NCBI GenBank assembly: GCA_040954595.2
Contig: CM082583.2
Span: forward strand, 10,739,656-10,803,655
DNA from: Balanoglossus misakiensis
Taxonomy: Eukaryota > Animalia > Hemichordata
Length of the DNA: 64,000 nt
Direction: 5' to 3'
The position numbers and the translations under genes were made by a program. Every line of letters begins with the position of its first letter. Position 1 is the stretch's first letter. Below the pieces are notes generated by a model that was not told the DNA's origin, did no database searches, and was given only the letters and a program-made list of their open reading frames with translations. This document shows positions 1 to 11,968 of the stretch, one piece after another.

Positions 1-32
1 GAAGCATCCCTGTTCCAACCCAGCCTGTTGAA

Positions 33-893
33 GTGATTAATCCAGTCCAGGCGTACTCAGGACTACCACTGGACATCACCAAACACTGGAACGAAACTAG
101 AATTCTGTATAACCGCGTCGATGGCTGTGGCAGTCGAACTCTGCTTGCTATAGTCGGCATATTGTCATTTGAACTCGATTATCACAGCATCTGGAGCCGA
201 GCGGGGACGGCGTACGATGTATCAGAATTGAAACAACGTTCTATTGCCAAAGTTATCTCTGAACAGACCCAGCCGTACATATTCAACCGATATTTGTACT
301 TCATCGACTTTGCAAAATTCGGACTTGAGCAGCCACCTTACATAAACCTCATCCGGGAACCGCTGCCACGGCTCATATCCCGATACCATTCAAAAACCCT
401 GGGCGATCATGCCCAGAGTATTGGCCCCGAGGGTTACCATCGCAACGAAACGGAACTTGGAGAAACCTTAGAGCATTGTATTTTAAGTGGGAGACCAGAA
501 TGCAGCGAGGAAGGCTCCTTTCAAATGATACCGTATTTCTGTGGACACGAACCAGAGTGTCGAGTTCCGAGTCGATGGGCTTTGGAGAAAGCCAAACAGC
601 ACGTGGTCGAACATTACGTATTTGTAGGGGTGTTGGAAGACTTCGACAACTCCCTGCGCATATTTGAGCTTTTGTTGCCTCAGTTCTTTGAAGGCGCTTT
701 AAAGGTGTACCGAACCATGATTTCCGGTTTGAAGAAATATGAGGAGTTCCAAGTTGACACTGCTAACAAATACGAGATGCCCTCAGCCGACACCATGGTG
801 GAGATTAGTAGGAGGCTGGCGTTAGAATACGAATTTTACAATTTCGTCAGAACAAGGATGGAAATCATCAAAAAACAACTACAAATAGAATAA
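33..893 (+). CDS. Uronyl 2-O-sulfotransferase / heparan sulfate 2-O-sulfotransferase family protein, large 3' exon (5' end lies outside the window; possibly catalytically impaired)
   Basis: The ORF has family motifs YNRVxxCGSRT (5'-PSB), YINLIREPLPRLIS (3'-PB), IPYFCGHEPEC, WALEKAK, YVFVGVLE, LLPQFF and EYEFYNFV. Stop is TAA 891-893. The track start is a GTG, so the true start is upstream. Confidence 0.85.
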   Translation: MINPVQAYSGLPLDITKHWNETRILYNRVDGCGSRTLLAIVGILSFELDYHSIWSRAGTAYDVSELKQRSIAKVISEQTQPYIFNRYLYFIDFAKFGLEQPPYINLIREPLPRLISRYHSKTLGDHAQSIGPEGYHRNETELGETLEHCILSGRPECSEEGSFQMIPYFCGHEPECRVPSRWALEKAKQHVVEHYVFVGVLEDFDNSLRIFELLLPQFFEGALKVYRTMISGLKKYEEFQVDTANKYEMPSADTMVEISRRLALEYEFYNFVRTRMEIIKKQLQIE

Positions 894-1898
894 CGCGAAT
901 ACAATTTAATTCATTATCAAACTCTAGGTAGTTTTCATTGTCTTGGCACAGAAGAAAACATAGCAGCTGCTTCAGTTTTGTTTTACATTTTTGCCGAATT
1001 TAATCACATGAGAATTAAACAACCGTGCAGTACAAAATCCAAATAAACGGCATCCAACCGATGAATAAATACGGATCAAAAATGATAGTGTTTTACGTAA
1101 CATTTGCGACAGGTTGCTGAGCTCAATTAATCTAATCGTGTAATTTGTACTTTTTTGTTCTCCACTTAGCATGTCAAATACCCCGATTTCTGCTTGTGAA
1201 ATATTACTCTGTATATGTGTCTTTGGCCAACTTTCTTGGTGACGAATGTTTTTTTTTCACTGATATAAATTATTTCTTGACAAGATAAATACAGGGCATC
1301 TGATCGAGAACAATAACGTGGACAATAATCCACACTCTTCACATTACAGTTTTCTTGTTGCTATATGATAAATTAAATAGATTTTCTTCCGAAAAGCAAA
1401 ACATCTTTGTCTGTGGGTCTTGTCTTTGGCTGCGTTCTGTATGATCACCCTCGCGTGGCGAATCGTTCATTGACCTTTATGTCTGCGACCTCTGTCTGTA
1501 TGACAATTACTGGTAGTTAGAAACAAGACTTTACAGATTTGGATCCGCGCCAACCCTTGGCTATATGAGATACATTCTAAATTTCCGATGAAAATTAAAT
1601 ATAAATTATACGCTGGACTTTGCGGATAAGACAAAAGCATTCTGCTTTCTCTGAAAGATTGCACTCCACTCGTACATTATCCGGCGGCGCGGCTTACAGC
1701 ACGTAGCATCAAGACAACATCTGTGATCTTAGTATGCTAAACAACGTCTCAATCAACCAATAACAAGCTTCCCAAACTCAAAATGCACCTGGTGAATGAC
1801 ACAGTTCTATTGAATAGTTTTCAGCCAGTTCATTTGTCAGGCGGCCAGAGAGAGGCCACTTCCATCATTCGAAACTCAACGTTTGACGGACAAACACC

Positions 1899-2132
1899 AT
1901 GGATGAAAGTTGTGACAACAACGACCTGTTCATTACCCAGAGAAATTTCCGACAACCAAGTGAAAGTAAAGGTCATGACTGCGACGATTTGGACTGGATT
2001 TTCCAAGATTTTGGTAGCCTCATTGAAGATAATGTACATAAACCATCGCTCATGGAAAGTGACTCGACGAATATCGACTCGGAGTGTGCATTTTCTCCTG
2101 GCTTGCAGCACCCATTGCGCGAATTCTCTACT
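1899..2132 (+). other. Possible isolated exon or relic ORF (acidic peptide MDESCDNNDLFITQRNF...)
   Basis: ATG in good context (accATGG) at 1899, acidic protein-like composition, a GTAAGT donor at 2133 and a candidate acceptor (ttgtcag) at 1840. No downstream exon identified. Confidence 0.3.
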
Positions 2133-5100
2133 GTAAGTAACAATTTTCTGTTCTTTTTTCTCGAAACATGTACATTTAAAGTTAACCTATTGATTAGGGA
2201 GTCCCGGTTCGTCGAAAAATAGAACTTTCAGGCGAAACCGTGTGCGAAGTAGAAATGAAACCCCAAACGAAAGGTCGAGCCCAGCGCAGAGAATACGAGA
2301 AAGATGGCCGAACCAAGTACATGTACATGTAGGCCTAAATGTATCTGGATATGGCACTGCATCAGTGCAATATCTCAGCGGACGAAATGCAATATCACAG
2401 ATATTGTCCCGAATGAACATAAAGTCTGGCCACGCGTGTAGTGTTGTACAACCAATATACAGTGTAGTTCCAGTTTTTTTTAAAGTGGCGGACGTGGTGA
2501 GATACAACCTGTTGATTCTTCGGTGAATATTGATCTGCCAGTATTCTGTGCGAGAGCGCTGTAAGCGTGACGGCGTTTTTCCTCTCGCAAATAACAACAA
2601 GTGAATGTGTGGTTCTTGGCCGGGTGAATCCACGAGAGTAATTTCATTTTCGTCAAAGAATATCTACTGACTTGCAGCAACATCTGGCTGCTAGCTGTCA
2701 CGTCGCCATGACACAACATTCGTACATACAGCTTGCTTCCTCTTTAGCGTTTTGCGGGTACCCAGGGGAGAGTGGGTACGTCATCTATTGTCATGTAACC
2801 TTGGAGACAGTCTTACTACTCCCCTGTAATACCCCAGTGAATTCAGAGCTTACGTAACAGCTCATCACTTCAATTTATAGGTTTTTGATTGCCTTCGTAC
2901 ATCAGCTGGAGTGACAGTGAACGATCAAATAATTTACGTATACCACCGGTCTTCGCATTTTCATGTTGTTGGTTTTTTTAATGAATTTCCGGTAAGTTCA
3001 TTACCGGTGCCGCTTAGAACGATCTTGAGACTTCAACTTTTTGGTAGCGCAGATCCAGTAGATAAGTGTGACAGTGGAACGCTCGTGATGATTAGGCAAG
3101 TCGTTGAGAAGGCGAGACAAAAGCAGCTTCAACACTGAATATGTTTATGGTGAGTACATTGTTCCGTATAGACTCCCGTACTACTTGCGGTACACTTGTA
3201 CTAGCAAGATTGTAACCACACATCCATGGTATATAGTATAGTAGTCTATGACTGAATGTAGATTTCTATGGTAGAACACCACATTATTTGTTAACATAAT
3301 GTAGAGATGTGTGGTCTAATATACACGTGGATAAATATGCAGCTTTAATACATATACCATGGAGGTATGTATAACCAATGTACGCAAATAGATGACATTT
3401 ATGCGTCGAATTAAAATGTACATTAGTACACAGTCCCTCTATTAGAGAGGGACTGTGATTTGCATCACCTGTGGGGTGTTTAGACCCACAAATGGAACTA
3501 AACAAAATGGTGTAGGGAAAGTATAACCGAGAGATTATCGGATATTCGCCATTCCCCCAGGCCAAGATCTCATTCTTTCAAATGACGCAATTTGTATAAG
3601 AAACGCAAGGTGACATGAACGAAAAGCTCCCTAACACTCACTTCCGAATTCCCTGATTCCCGACTCTTTCTGATTAAATCGTTTGACCTTTTATCCTTCA
3701 GTGTCTCCATACGTTTTTCCTGGATGGTGCATATGCCGAACATGGTGTGAGACTACTGCTTTCGGCTAGTACATTTCAGTCATCGTGGGGGTATTGTTAA
3801 ACCCATTGTAAAAATCAACAACAAAATCTGGACCGGACCGGACGGTGAGTCATTTACTTGTAAAAGCAAAGTCACGATGTGATTGTTTACCAAATCTGAG
3901 GCCGTATAAAATAAACAACTTCAAAGTGCACCAAGCACAATCGTACCAGAGAACGTCACAAGCAGAAAGGTACGGCCGCCGGTGTCATAAATTGACATAA
4001 TTGACACATGGTCTAAAGACCAAAGCAATAAGTATCCAGTTGACACAAAGGAGCCTAGACCACCTGAAGGAATGTGAGACGTGTACACGTGAGTTAAGAA
4101 ATAACAATTAAGGTAACAGTCGCCTGAAGAGTCTCGACATACAGATCTATCGACAGAAACTGGTCTCTGTTTCCACGACTGTGATTGAATCACTAAACGA
4201 CAGAAAGCCAGCTGAGCGCTGAACATTCTCGAAACATTACCATCGACAAGTTTTCTCTTTCGGGCAGCGGTGGAGAATTAACAGTTCGCAGTTTCCAATA
4301 TCTTACTGCGTGGGAGTCAAAACAGGTGTTTTATATCGTAGACTGTGAACAGGTAAGAGTAGCAACGATGAGGAAGTTAGCGATGTGTGTCGCAGAAACA
4401 CTCCAGCCCCTCCGCGTTCGTTCACACAAGAAACTCACAGAAACCACGAAAATGACATCGAAATGCTAAATCTGTCTTTGCCAAATTATAGTGTTTTTGA
4501 CATTGACGCATACCGTACCCGTTTTGACCGTACGTGTAAACTAGCCCGAGTTCTCAAACATGACCGAGTGTTAAATTACACCTACTGAATAGATCCAGCA
4601 TGGTTAAATTCACGCAACACTAAACGTCATGGCAACTGATTCGACATATACACAACACCCCTTTGAAGAGCTCACCTGTTGTAAACTTTGGTCACGGCAG
4701 ACAGGTTTGAACACGTCAATTGGCATTATTTGCCCGCTAAGCCTGGCATGGATTAATTTTTGAGAAGTGTAGGTTATGTTTGAGGGGAAAGTCGTATTTT
4801 ACTGTTGTTGTGTATAACATGGTCAAAAGTTTTGGACGAGTACTGACCAGTACTGTATTGATAAATCCTCACACGTCTCGTTCGGTTGAAATTATCCAAA
4901 TACATTTCAAAGCGTCAACAGTATTTTGACGACTTGTGTTAGTTAACTTTAGCCGGCATTGCAATGTACTGCGCTGTACACATATACCACACAAGAATCC
5001 AAAGAACCACCAAAACCAGTCGTTTTATTTTAAAGATAAATCAGTCAGATAAACTAGCAAGCTTCAGCCTTATAATTGCTAAATTCCATCCAGTTCCATG

Positions 5101-5741
5101 AAAATCAACAATTTTGTCCTAATTTTTACTTTCTTGGAAGGTCATTGAACTAATTTATGGAGAACTATGAAAAAGCAAACGGTATACGGCACTGATAAGA
5201 AACGATTCTAGTTCTGTAATCGGAGATTAAATAGATTCAGAGAGTTCTAGAAACAAGCGTCGCCCCACACATTCAAACAAAAGGTGTAAGCAACTACTCA
5301 TAAACAAAAACTTATCGCTTTTCTTTGCGATATTTGAACAGGGAAATGATAAATGCCATTGCGCGACGACTCCTTCCAATCACATGACCAATGGATCGTG
5401 CGTGTGCGCACGAACTGAACATATGAAAACAATGCTCCATAGAAACCGTTTTATGAGTCGGAATAAATCACATGGCTGTCGACATATATGTCTACTTGTG
5501 CCTTTATATGTCACGACAGAAGTTTGGCACGAATCGTGCACTGTCTGAACGGCTTTTGTGTCAGATTTGCTGCTTTACGATTACAGAAAAAATACTAATC
5601 TTGTTAAGTTTGCTAGTTTCAACACTCAAGTGGTAGTTTTAAACACTGAACGTTTTCTCTCGTTTTCAGGCATCGCAAGTTTAAGTTTCTTTGCACTGAC
5701 AAAGGTATCTTTCCGGTTTTGCCGAAGGAAACTGCAGTGTG

Positions 5742-6383
5742 ATGGGTTGGTCGTTGTTGGCGGCTTTGATCTTGCTGTTGGCGAATTCCATCAGATGTGT
5801 TAATTCACAGTCACAAGACACCCCCGTAAAAAGGTGCGAGTCATGGAACCAATCAGATTTTCGATTCAGTGACATCACATCGTCGTCTGTGAATATTACC
5901 TGGCTGAAGCCTTCTTCGGACTTGATCAGCAATGCATCGTCCATAGAAACGTACAGAATCTCCTATTTGGGTAATTATCGCGGGTTTCAGAAGGTTGGGG
6001 AAGAGATGAATGTTTCCGCGAATGAACCTAATTGGCGGGAAGTAACGCAGCTGTCACCCTGGCCGACACAATATCTGGTATGTTTGGAGATATACCACGT
6101 GGATGACGGTGGCTTAGTGGCCGTGGAAGGGGAGTTTGGTTGTGGGATTTTGTGTACAAAGTTAGACCACTTTGATTACTTCGCCGTGGCTGCTATGGGC
6201 TCGGCCGGAATGCTGATCTTAGCTCTGTTCTGTAGTCTTGGTTGCGCCGCAAAGTGGGAGGACCCTTACCAGATGAGCACCGAGGATATTATAGATTTGA
6301 CAAAAGACAAGAAAAAGAAGTCCAAAAAAAGTAAAAAGCGCAGAGTACAACCTGAGATGACATATGACCTGGAAGATTTATAG
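5742..6383 (+). CDS. Small type I membrane protein: signal peptide, single fibronectin type III-like domain, TM helix, basic cytoplasmic tail
   Basis: MGWSLLAALILLLANSIRC signal peptide. FN3 hallmarks ITSSSVNITW...YRISY...LSPWPTQYLVCL. Hydrophobic segment FAVAAMGSAGMLILALFCSLGC and tail KDKKKKSKKSKKRR. Acceptor ttttcag ends at 5669, candidate upstream non-coding donor GTAAGA at 4353, AATAAA near 6823. Confidence 0.8.
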   Translation: MGWSLLAALILLLANSIRCVNSQSQDTPVKRCESWNQSDFRFSDITSSSVNITWLKPSSDLISNASSIETYRISYLGNYRGFQKVGEEMNVSANEPNWREVTQLSPWPTQYLVCLEIYHVDDGGLVAVEGEFGCGILCTKLDHFDYFAVAAMGSAGMLILALFCSLGCAAKWEDPYQMSTEDIIDLTKDKKKKSKKSKKRRVQPEMTYDLEDL

Positions 6384-7471
6384 AACTCCAGACAACAACA
6401 AAAGAGCCTGAGATGGTAGAGAGGTTTAATCATTTAGGCCCTACGGGTGTCATGTTGTTTGGTTATGATAATATTTCTTGGCGCACGTTCTTTGATATGT
6501 AGGCAAAATACTAGGAATGTCATTGTTTGCTCGTTCAATCCACAGTCTGCACAGGTGATGAATTGCAGTCGGTGCACTGTAGTGGACATCCCATTCTTCC
6601 ACATAACATGGTCACCCGACACCCCTCAGAGTTTTACTGCTCCAACCAGAGATACACTCCAGTCAACTTGTTTTCAAATATATTGTCAGAACGATTTTTT
6701 CTAAAATACTTTATTTATCCCTTGATGATAGAGTACGCAGAAAGTTGTAGTGATGTTGATTTGAGCCATTACAAGTATTCCTTGCCATTTGTTTGATGTG
6801 AAATATATCTTAATATTTTATTAATAAAGTTTGAAGTTTGAGCTCCAGGTTCAAGTTGCAGCCGTCTTTTTGCTACTTCCACCGTGAAGCATAGTGTGAT
6901 ATCTTCATTTCACTGCGTATGTATTCACATATGGATACACTTATGACATTTTTATTTGTCTGGCCACTGCCAGTGACGGGGAGGGGGAGGGTGTTGCCTA
7001 GTAACACAGCCACCTGCTGATGCTGCGGATGTCGCTATCCCGCACAGCGCCCGCAAGCGACGAACTGTCCTTTTGATAGTTTGTTGGGAAAAGGTCACAT
7101 CACAGGACAATGTTGATTTTATAAGCCAACAACAACAACAACAGCAGCAGCATTACAGCAACGTTATGTTTTCTGTTGTGAAATGTTATTTAGGTCTATT
7201 TATTATTATGACTCTCTCCTGCATCACTGTGCCCCTGGTACAGTACTTGTACTTCACACTCCAATGTTCCAGTGCCGATCATGAGAAATAGAAAATGAAA
7301 TATACTCGGTACAAGCTATACTTTTAGTAATAAACCACAAGATAAAACCGAGTACGCTTAGAAAAGCCAACTGCCAATGCCTGAAGCATACAAAATGCAA
7401 TGTTCCCTGAGTTTTTTCTACATAAAATCAAAAATCCGGTGGCTACTGAATTGTGGGAAAATTACAGGTAA

Positions 7472-7518
7472 CGCATGCGCATGCTATTTGTTATGGTTTT
7501 GCTAAAGATGGCGGAAGT
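7472..7518 (+). promoter_or_regulatory. Housekeeping-type promoter motifs for ASB7 (NRF1-like, YY1, ETS)
   Basis: CGCATGCGCATGC at 7472-7484, AAGATGGCGG at 7505-7514 overlapping CGGAAGT. The region is locally CpG-rich and has a probable exon-1 donor at 7618 (AAG|GTACGT). Confidence 0.5.
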
Positions 7519-8200
7519 GGAGGTTATCACCGAAGTGGCGTCGATTCTCCGAGATGTTTTTATTTAACAGATAATCAAAAACATTGTCGCCCGAAGAGGT
7601 TGCAAGAACGACAAAAGGTACGTTTTTACTACAGGATACCCAGTGGAAAGTACAGTACTGGTATTCTCAGAAATATATTTCCGGAATTCAGCTGATCAAA
7701 CAGTTTCGATTTTCCAAATCAGCTGAGCTGGGCACAATCTTCTTTTCGCTTTCCACCAACTTATTTTGGCAAAAGTCATGTCTGTGAATATTCCGAGAAC
7801 TCATATCTCTATAAACAGGAGTGGCTGAAATCAGTGTAACGGCTTTTAATCTTTCTGGAATGCATGTTACAGCATGCATTAATAAACATCAATGTATGCA
7901 GTTCAATCAGCTGCTGATTGCTAATTAATTTATGGACTTGTGACGTGGACAAGTTTACATACAATGCATATTAATTATTGGGTTCACTGTTTTGTTCTAT
8001 GTTATTATCTTCTCTGTTCAGTATACAGGTGTAAGTACCTGTGTTTAGAGTGGACTGCCAATTTTCAGGATTGACATTAATATCCCACAAGGGGATGTCT
8101 CTAGCTTAATTTTTGATCTTCATGACTCTGGTAAAGGTACCAACAAGATCATAATTCAGTAACAAAACCTTGGTGTGATTAATTTTAGTGGTGAGTCAAG

Positions 8201-9465
8201 ATGAAGACTCGAAGGAAGGTAAAACAAGCTGACTTGACAAAAACAGCTCGGATAAGAGCTGCAGTGGCCAGGGGAGATGTTGCCATAGTGAGACAGTGTT
8301 TGTCAAATGGATCGACGCCAAACGAAGCTGATCTCAATGGCTGGACATTGCTTCATCTAGCTGCTTCCAGAGGAAGGGAGAGAGTTTTGAGGATCCTTCT
8401 TGACGGTGGAGGTAAATACATGTGATAACTGTATAATGGTTTGGAAGAATGTTCAAGATATGTAAAAAGTAAAACTGTTGCTGTGAAAATAAGCAAATAA
8501 AAGGCACTGTACTTCAGATGCTACAAAATCATTTGCTTTGTTTGCTTGAAGATATTTGATGTTGAATTATTGTTGTTTCTACAGGAAAGACAGAATTACG
8601 AGATGAGATTGGAGGATTCACAGCTTTGCATTATGCAGCCATGCATGGACGCACTCGCATTGCAAGACTGCTGTTGGATTTTGAGCGGGGCAAGTACAAT
8701 GTGGTCAATATCAAGAGTGCTGACGGATGGACACCCCTGCATGTAGCAGCACACTACGGCAGGGATTCATTTGCCGATCTTCTGTTGCAACACCAGGCGT
8801 TGGTCGATTCCAAAAGTGACAAAGGTACCACGCCCCTGCAGCTGGCCATGATACGAGAACGGACTGCGTGCATCAAAATGCTACTGCGGTGGAATGCCAA
8901 TATCGATGTGCAGCTTGGCTTCCCTCTCAGATACGCTGTCATCAAGAGCAACCATTCAATTTGCAAACTGCTCCTCAAGAAAGGAGCTGACGTCAATCTC
9001 GGCCGACAAGAAGATGGACAAACGTCGTTGCATTTGTCAGCTCTGAAGGATGATGTTGAAGCGTGTGAGATACTGTACAAGTACGGAGCTGACCCTAACA
9101 TCAGAAATCATGATGGACAAATACCCTACCATATTTCAAAAAACTTGTCAAATAGGGAAAGGCCCTGTTTGTGCTTTCTTCGACTAATTACCAGTAAGTT
9201 TCCTAGTGAGTTCTGTATATAGTAATTAGACCTTAGTTTCAGAAATAGCTTTATCTCAAATAACTTCATCTTTTAAGTGTAATGTAGAATTGAAAGTAAT
9301 GTCTATCTTTGTATATTCTTTTTCTCAGCTAATCCAAGATCACTTCAAGATATGTGCCGACTGGTGATCAGGAGAACTCTGGGGCCAAGACACATTGACA
9401 AGATTGGCAAACTACCTCTGTCGAATATTATGGGGAATTATCTGAAGTACAAATACGATGAGTAA
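8201..9465 (+). CDS. ASB7: Ankyrin repeat and SOCS box protein 7
   Basis: Exons 8201-8411, 8585-9193 and 9329-9465, all GT-AG and in frame. Peptides NGWTLLHLAASRGRE, IGGFTALHYAAMHGRTRIARL, DGWTPLHVAAHYGRDSF and SDKGTTPLQLA match vertebrate ASB7 as recalled. C-terminal SOCS box PRSLQDMCRLVIRRTLG...LPLSNIMGNYLKYKYDE. Confidence 0.95.
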
Positions 9466-11875
9466 AACTCTCATCCACATTGGTTCCTCTCATCCAAACT
9501 GGTCCCGAGCAGGATAGCAGTGGTACCAGTATCCACATGGTGTCCTGGTCACAGTGTGATACAGACTAGCCATGATGAACATCAAGACACTGCAGAAGAC
9601 CTTGTGATTTCACACATTTCTACGCTCTCACAAGACACGAAAAAAAAGCCTTCCAAACAAGCGCGAAGGGTCATTTGTAATATGGAAAGGCTCAGATTCT
9701 TGTGTACATGTACTGCCATGTAGAAGCTTGTAGATAAAGTAAACTTTAGGATTTCATGAATGTTTCATGTGTGGCAATGTGCTTGGGTTCATGATGGTTT
9801 TTTTTATAAGATATGTGCTGCAGTCACATGCAAGATGTCAATTGTAGCGCGTGCCTACATTCACAACAAAACTACAGACAAACATTGGTATTTTACAAAT
9901 TTATTTTAAGGAAGAACAGTGCTATACAATATATATATGTAACATTACAACTGCTCCAAAGCAGACAAGTTGACTTTACTTTTACACACAAACAGAAAAC
10001 AATCACAAAATTTTTTGTTTCACTTAGTTCAATAAACACAGATTCTTGCAATTAAAATGTCACAATTCATAGCTTCGCTAGCCAAGGACTCGGGATGACC
10101 AATCCAAGCTGTGCGGACTGGATCGATGGTCACACTCGCGACTAGTTTGGTCATCCACATTCAACCCTGTCTCTTCACAACCCTCACCCCCCCCCCCCCC
10201 CCCCAACTCACAATCATATTCCTAATACCCCAATGTATTGGAAGGTCATACCACAAGTAGAACAGGGTGAACACGTTAATTTTCTGATAAGAACTAAATT
10301 GGTTTCCAATTCTACATAAGATAGGAGAGTCCAGGATATAATGTGTTAAAACCAAGGGTTACATAACACTTGCTGCATGCATGGTAATAACTGAGTCTCA
10401 AGCAGCAACATCTTTTTGCATAATTCTCCGTGGCAAACTCTAAATTCAGCCACATTTTCTCTGTAAAGGTGGTGATGTGCTGTTCCCTAGCTAATCGCCA
10501 GGGTAAATCTTGGTGATTTCCGAAATCTATGTGACCATTTGGTTTTTGGCTCTGAGAGAATCCTACTTCTGTGTTTCATACAACTATGGTATTATTTCAT
10601 TCTTATTGCCTCAATTATGCTAAACCACACAAATCAGTTTACGACTTTAAATCACCATCACATCACAAAAAAGATAGAAGCTGCTCAGACTCAATTATCC
10701 ATGCTTTGAAGCAGACTTGTCAAATTGCTGCTGAGAAGTAAAATTCACAAACACCATCTCTCTGCGATTTCTTTACAAATATACACATGCATAATACACA
10801 TTCTGGCTGAAGAATTATTCACAACCAGACTTTTCATCTAGAAATCAAAACATCTGTATGCTCAAATATCATTGTAAATCAAACCTAGTCTGTTGACATT
10901 CAAATTGAGATCTCTGAAAAGATAACTGTTCCCCTAGAGGCAACAGAAAATTACATTTTGCTTAAAGTCGAGCTTACATTGACAAAGAATTTGTAATCAT
11001 GGCCCCTTCACCATACTTTAATATTCACCAAATACATGTACCATTACAGCTACACTAAATATTTGTGCTCATTCCATTTAAATTGTAAAAAATAATCTTG
11101 GTTTGCTGTGACAACCAAATACAACACTTAAAGGCCCATGTTAGTTGACATGGGGGGTTTCTATATATAAACAATAGGCCCTTTGCCTGTGTACAGAATT
11201 GTTTATAGGGAAACAAAGGGTTAACTGTGCGTAACATATGCCCCTTTAAGGGCGAGAAAGAGTACATGAAACCAGAATGCTGGTTAGACATTAGGGCAAA
11301 ACAGATCACAGTTGCTTTGTGGAAACTAGAAGGTTTACTGAAACCTCTCTGGATGGTATAAGTTACTTAGTTGGAGGGTCTGCTGGTCAAAACGTGATTC
11401 TTTCAATCTCATACCACAGACACAACAACAGCTGAGAATATCCATGGAAGCACAATTTGACTTCAAGAGTTTCCATTTAGTACTTCAGCCATATCCTTGA
11501 GTATAAAGATAGTTATAATAGGGAAGTATAATAATGCCTTTATGATGCTACACTCTCGGTATTATGGGAAAACTTAAAAGAAACTGCCAAACTCATGATC
11601 CAAACATCCAATTACAGCAATTCAGAATACATGTATTATGAAACACAATTGTCATAGTTAAAACTGGCCTTTCAGAAAGTTTGACATCCACACTTGAAAA
11701 ATAAATGTTGACACAGAGACTTGGATTTCAATGTGGCAGGAGAAATTTTTCCACCAAAGTCCACACTTGGAGCTTTCATCCTTATTGATCACAGAAAAGG
11801 TGTTTGGCATGGATGTCTCTCAAGGTATAAATGTCATTCAAACTGAAAACAAATCTTGAATCTGTCAGGGAAACT

Positions 11876-11968
11876 CTAACCCTTCGTCCCCCATTTCCGT
11901 CTTTAGGGGTCCTACTTTGTCATAGAAAACAATGGGTTTGGACCAAACCATGGTGGTGAAAGGGTTAA
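11876..11968. mobile_element. Short TTAA-type (piggyBac-like) MITE
   Basis: ctaa-CCCTT...AAGGG-ttaa ends. Its right end (aatgggtttggaccaaaccatggtggtgaaagggtt) recurs inverted at ~16277-16312 (aaccctttcaccaccatggttcagtccaaacccat). Confidence 0.5.

Noticed and set aside
1783-2136. Overlapping ORFs 1783-2136 (+) and 1830-2111 (-)
   Set aside because: They look like shadow frames of the 1899 ORF and have no recognisable domains.
7126-7152. Poly-Q ORF (7073-7291)
   Set aside because: It is a CAA/CAG microsatellite in intergenic DNA, and the ORF has a non-ATG start and no other support.
10076-10146. Possible short palindromic MITE (ctag...gacca...tggtc...ctag)
   Set aside because: The inverted match is too degenerate, and there is no second copy in the window to support it.
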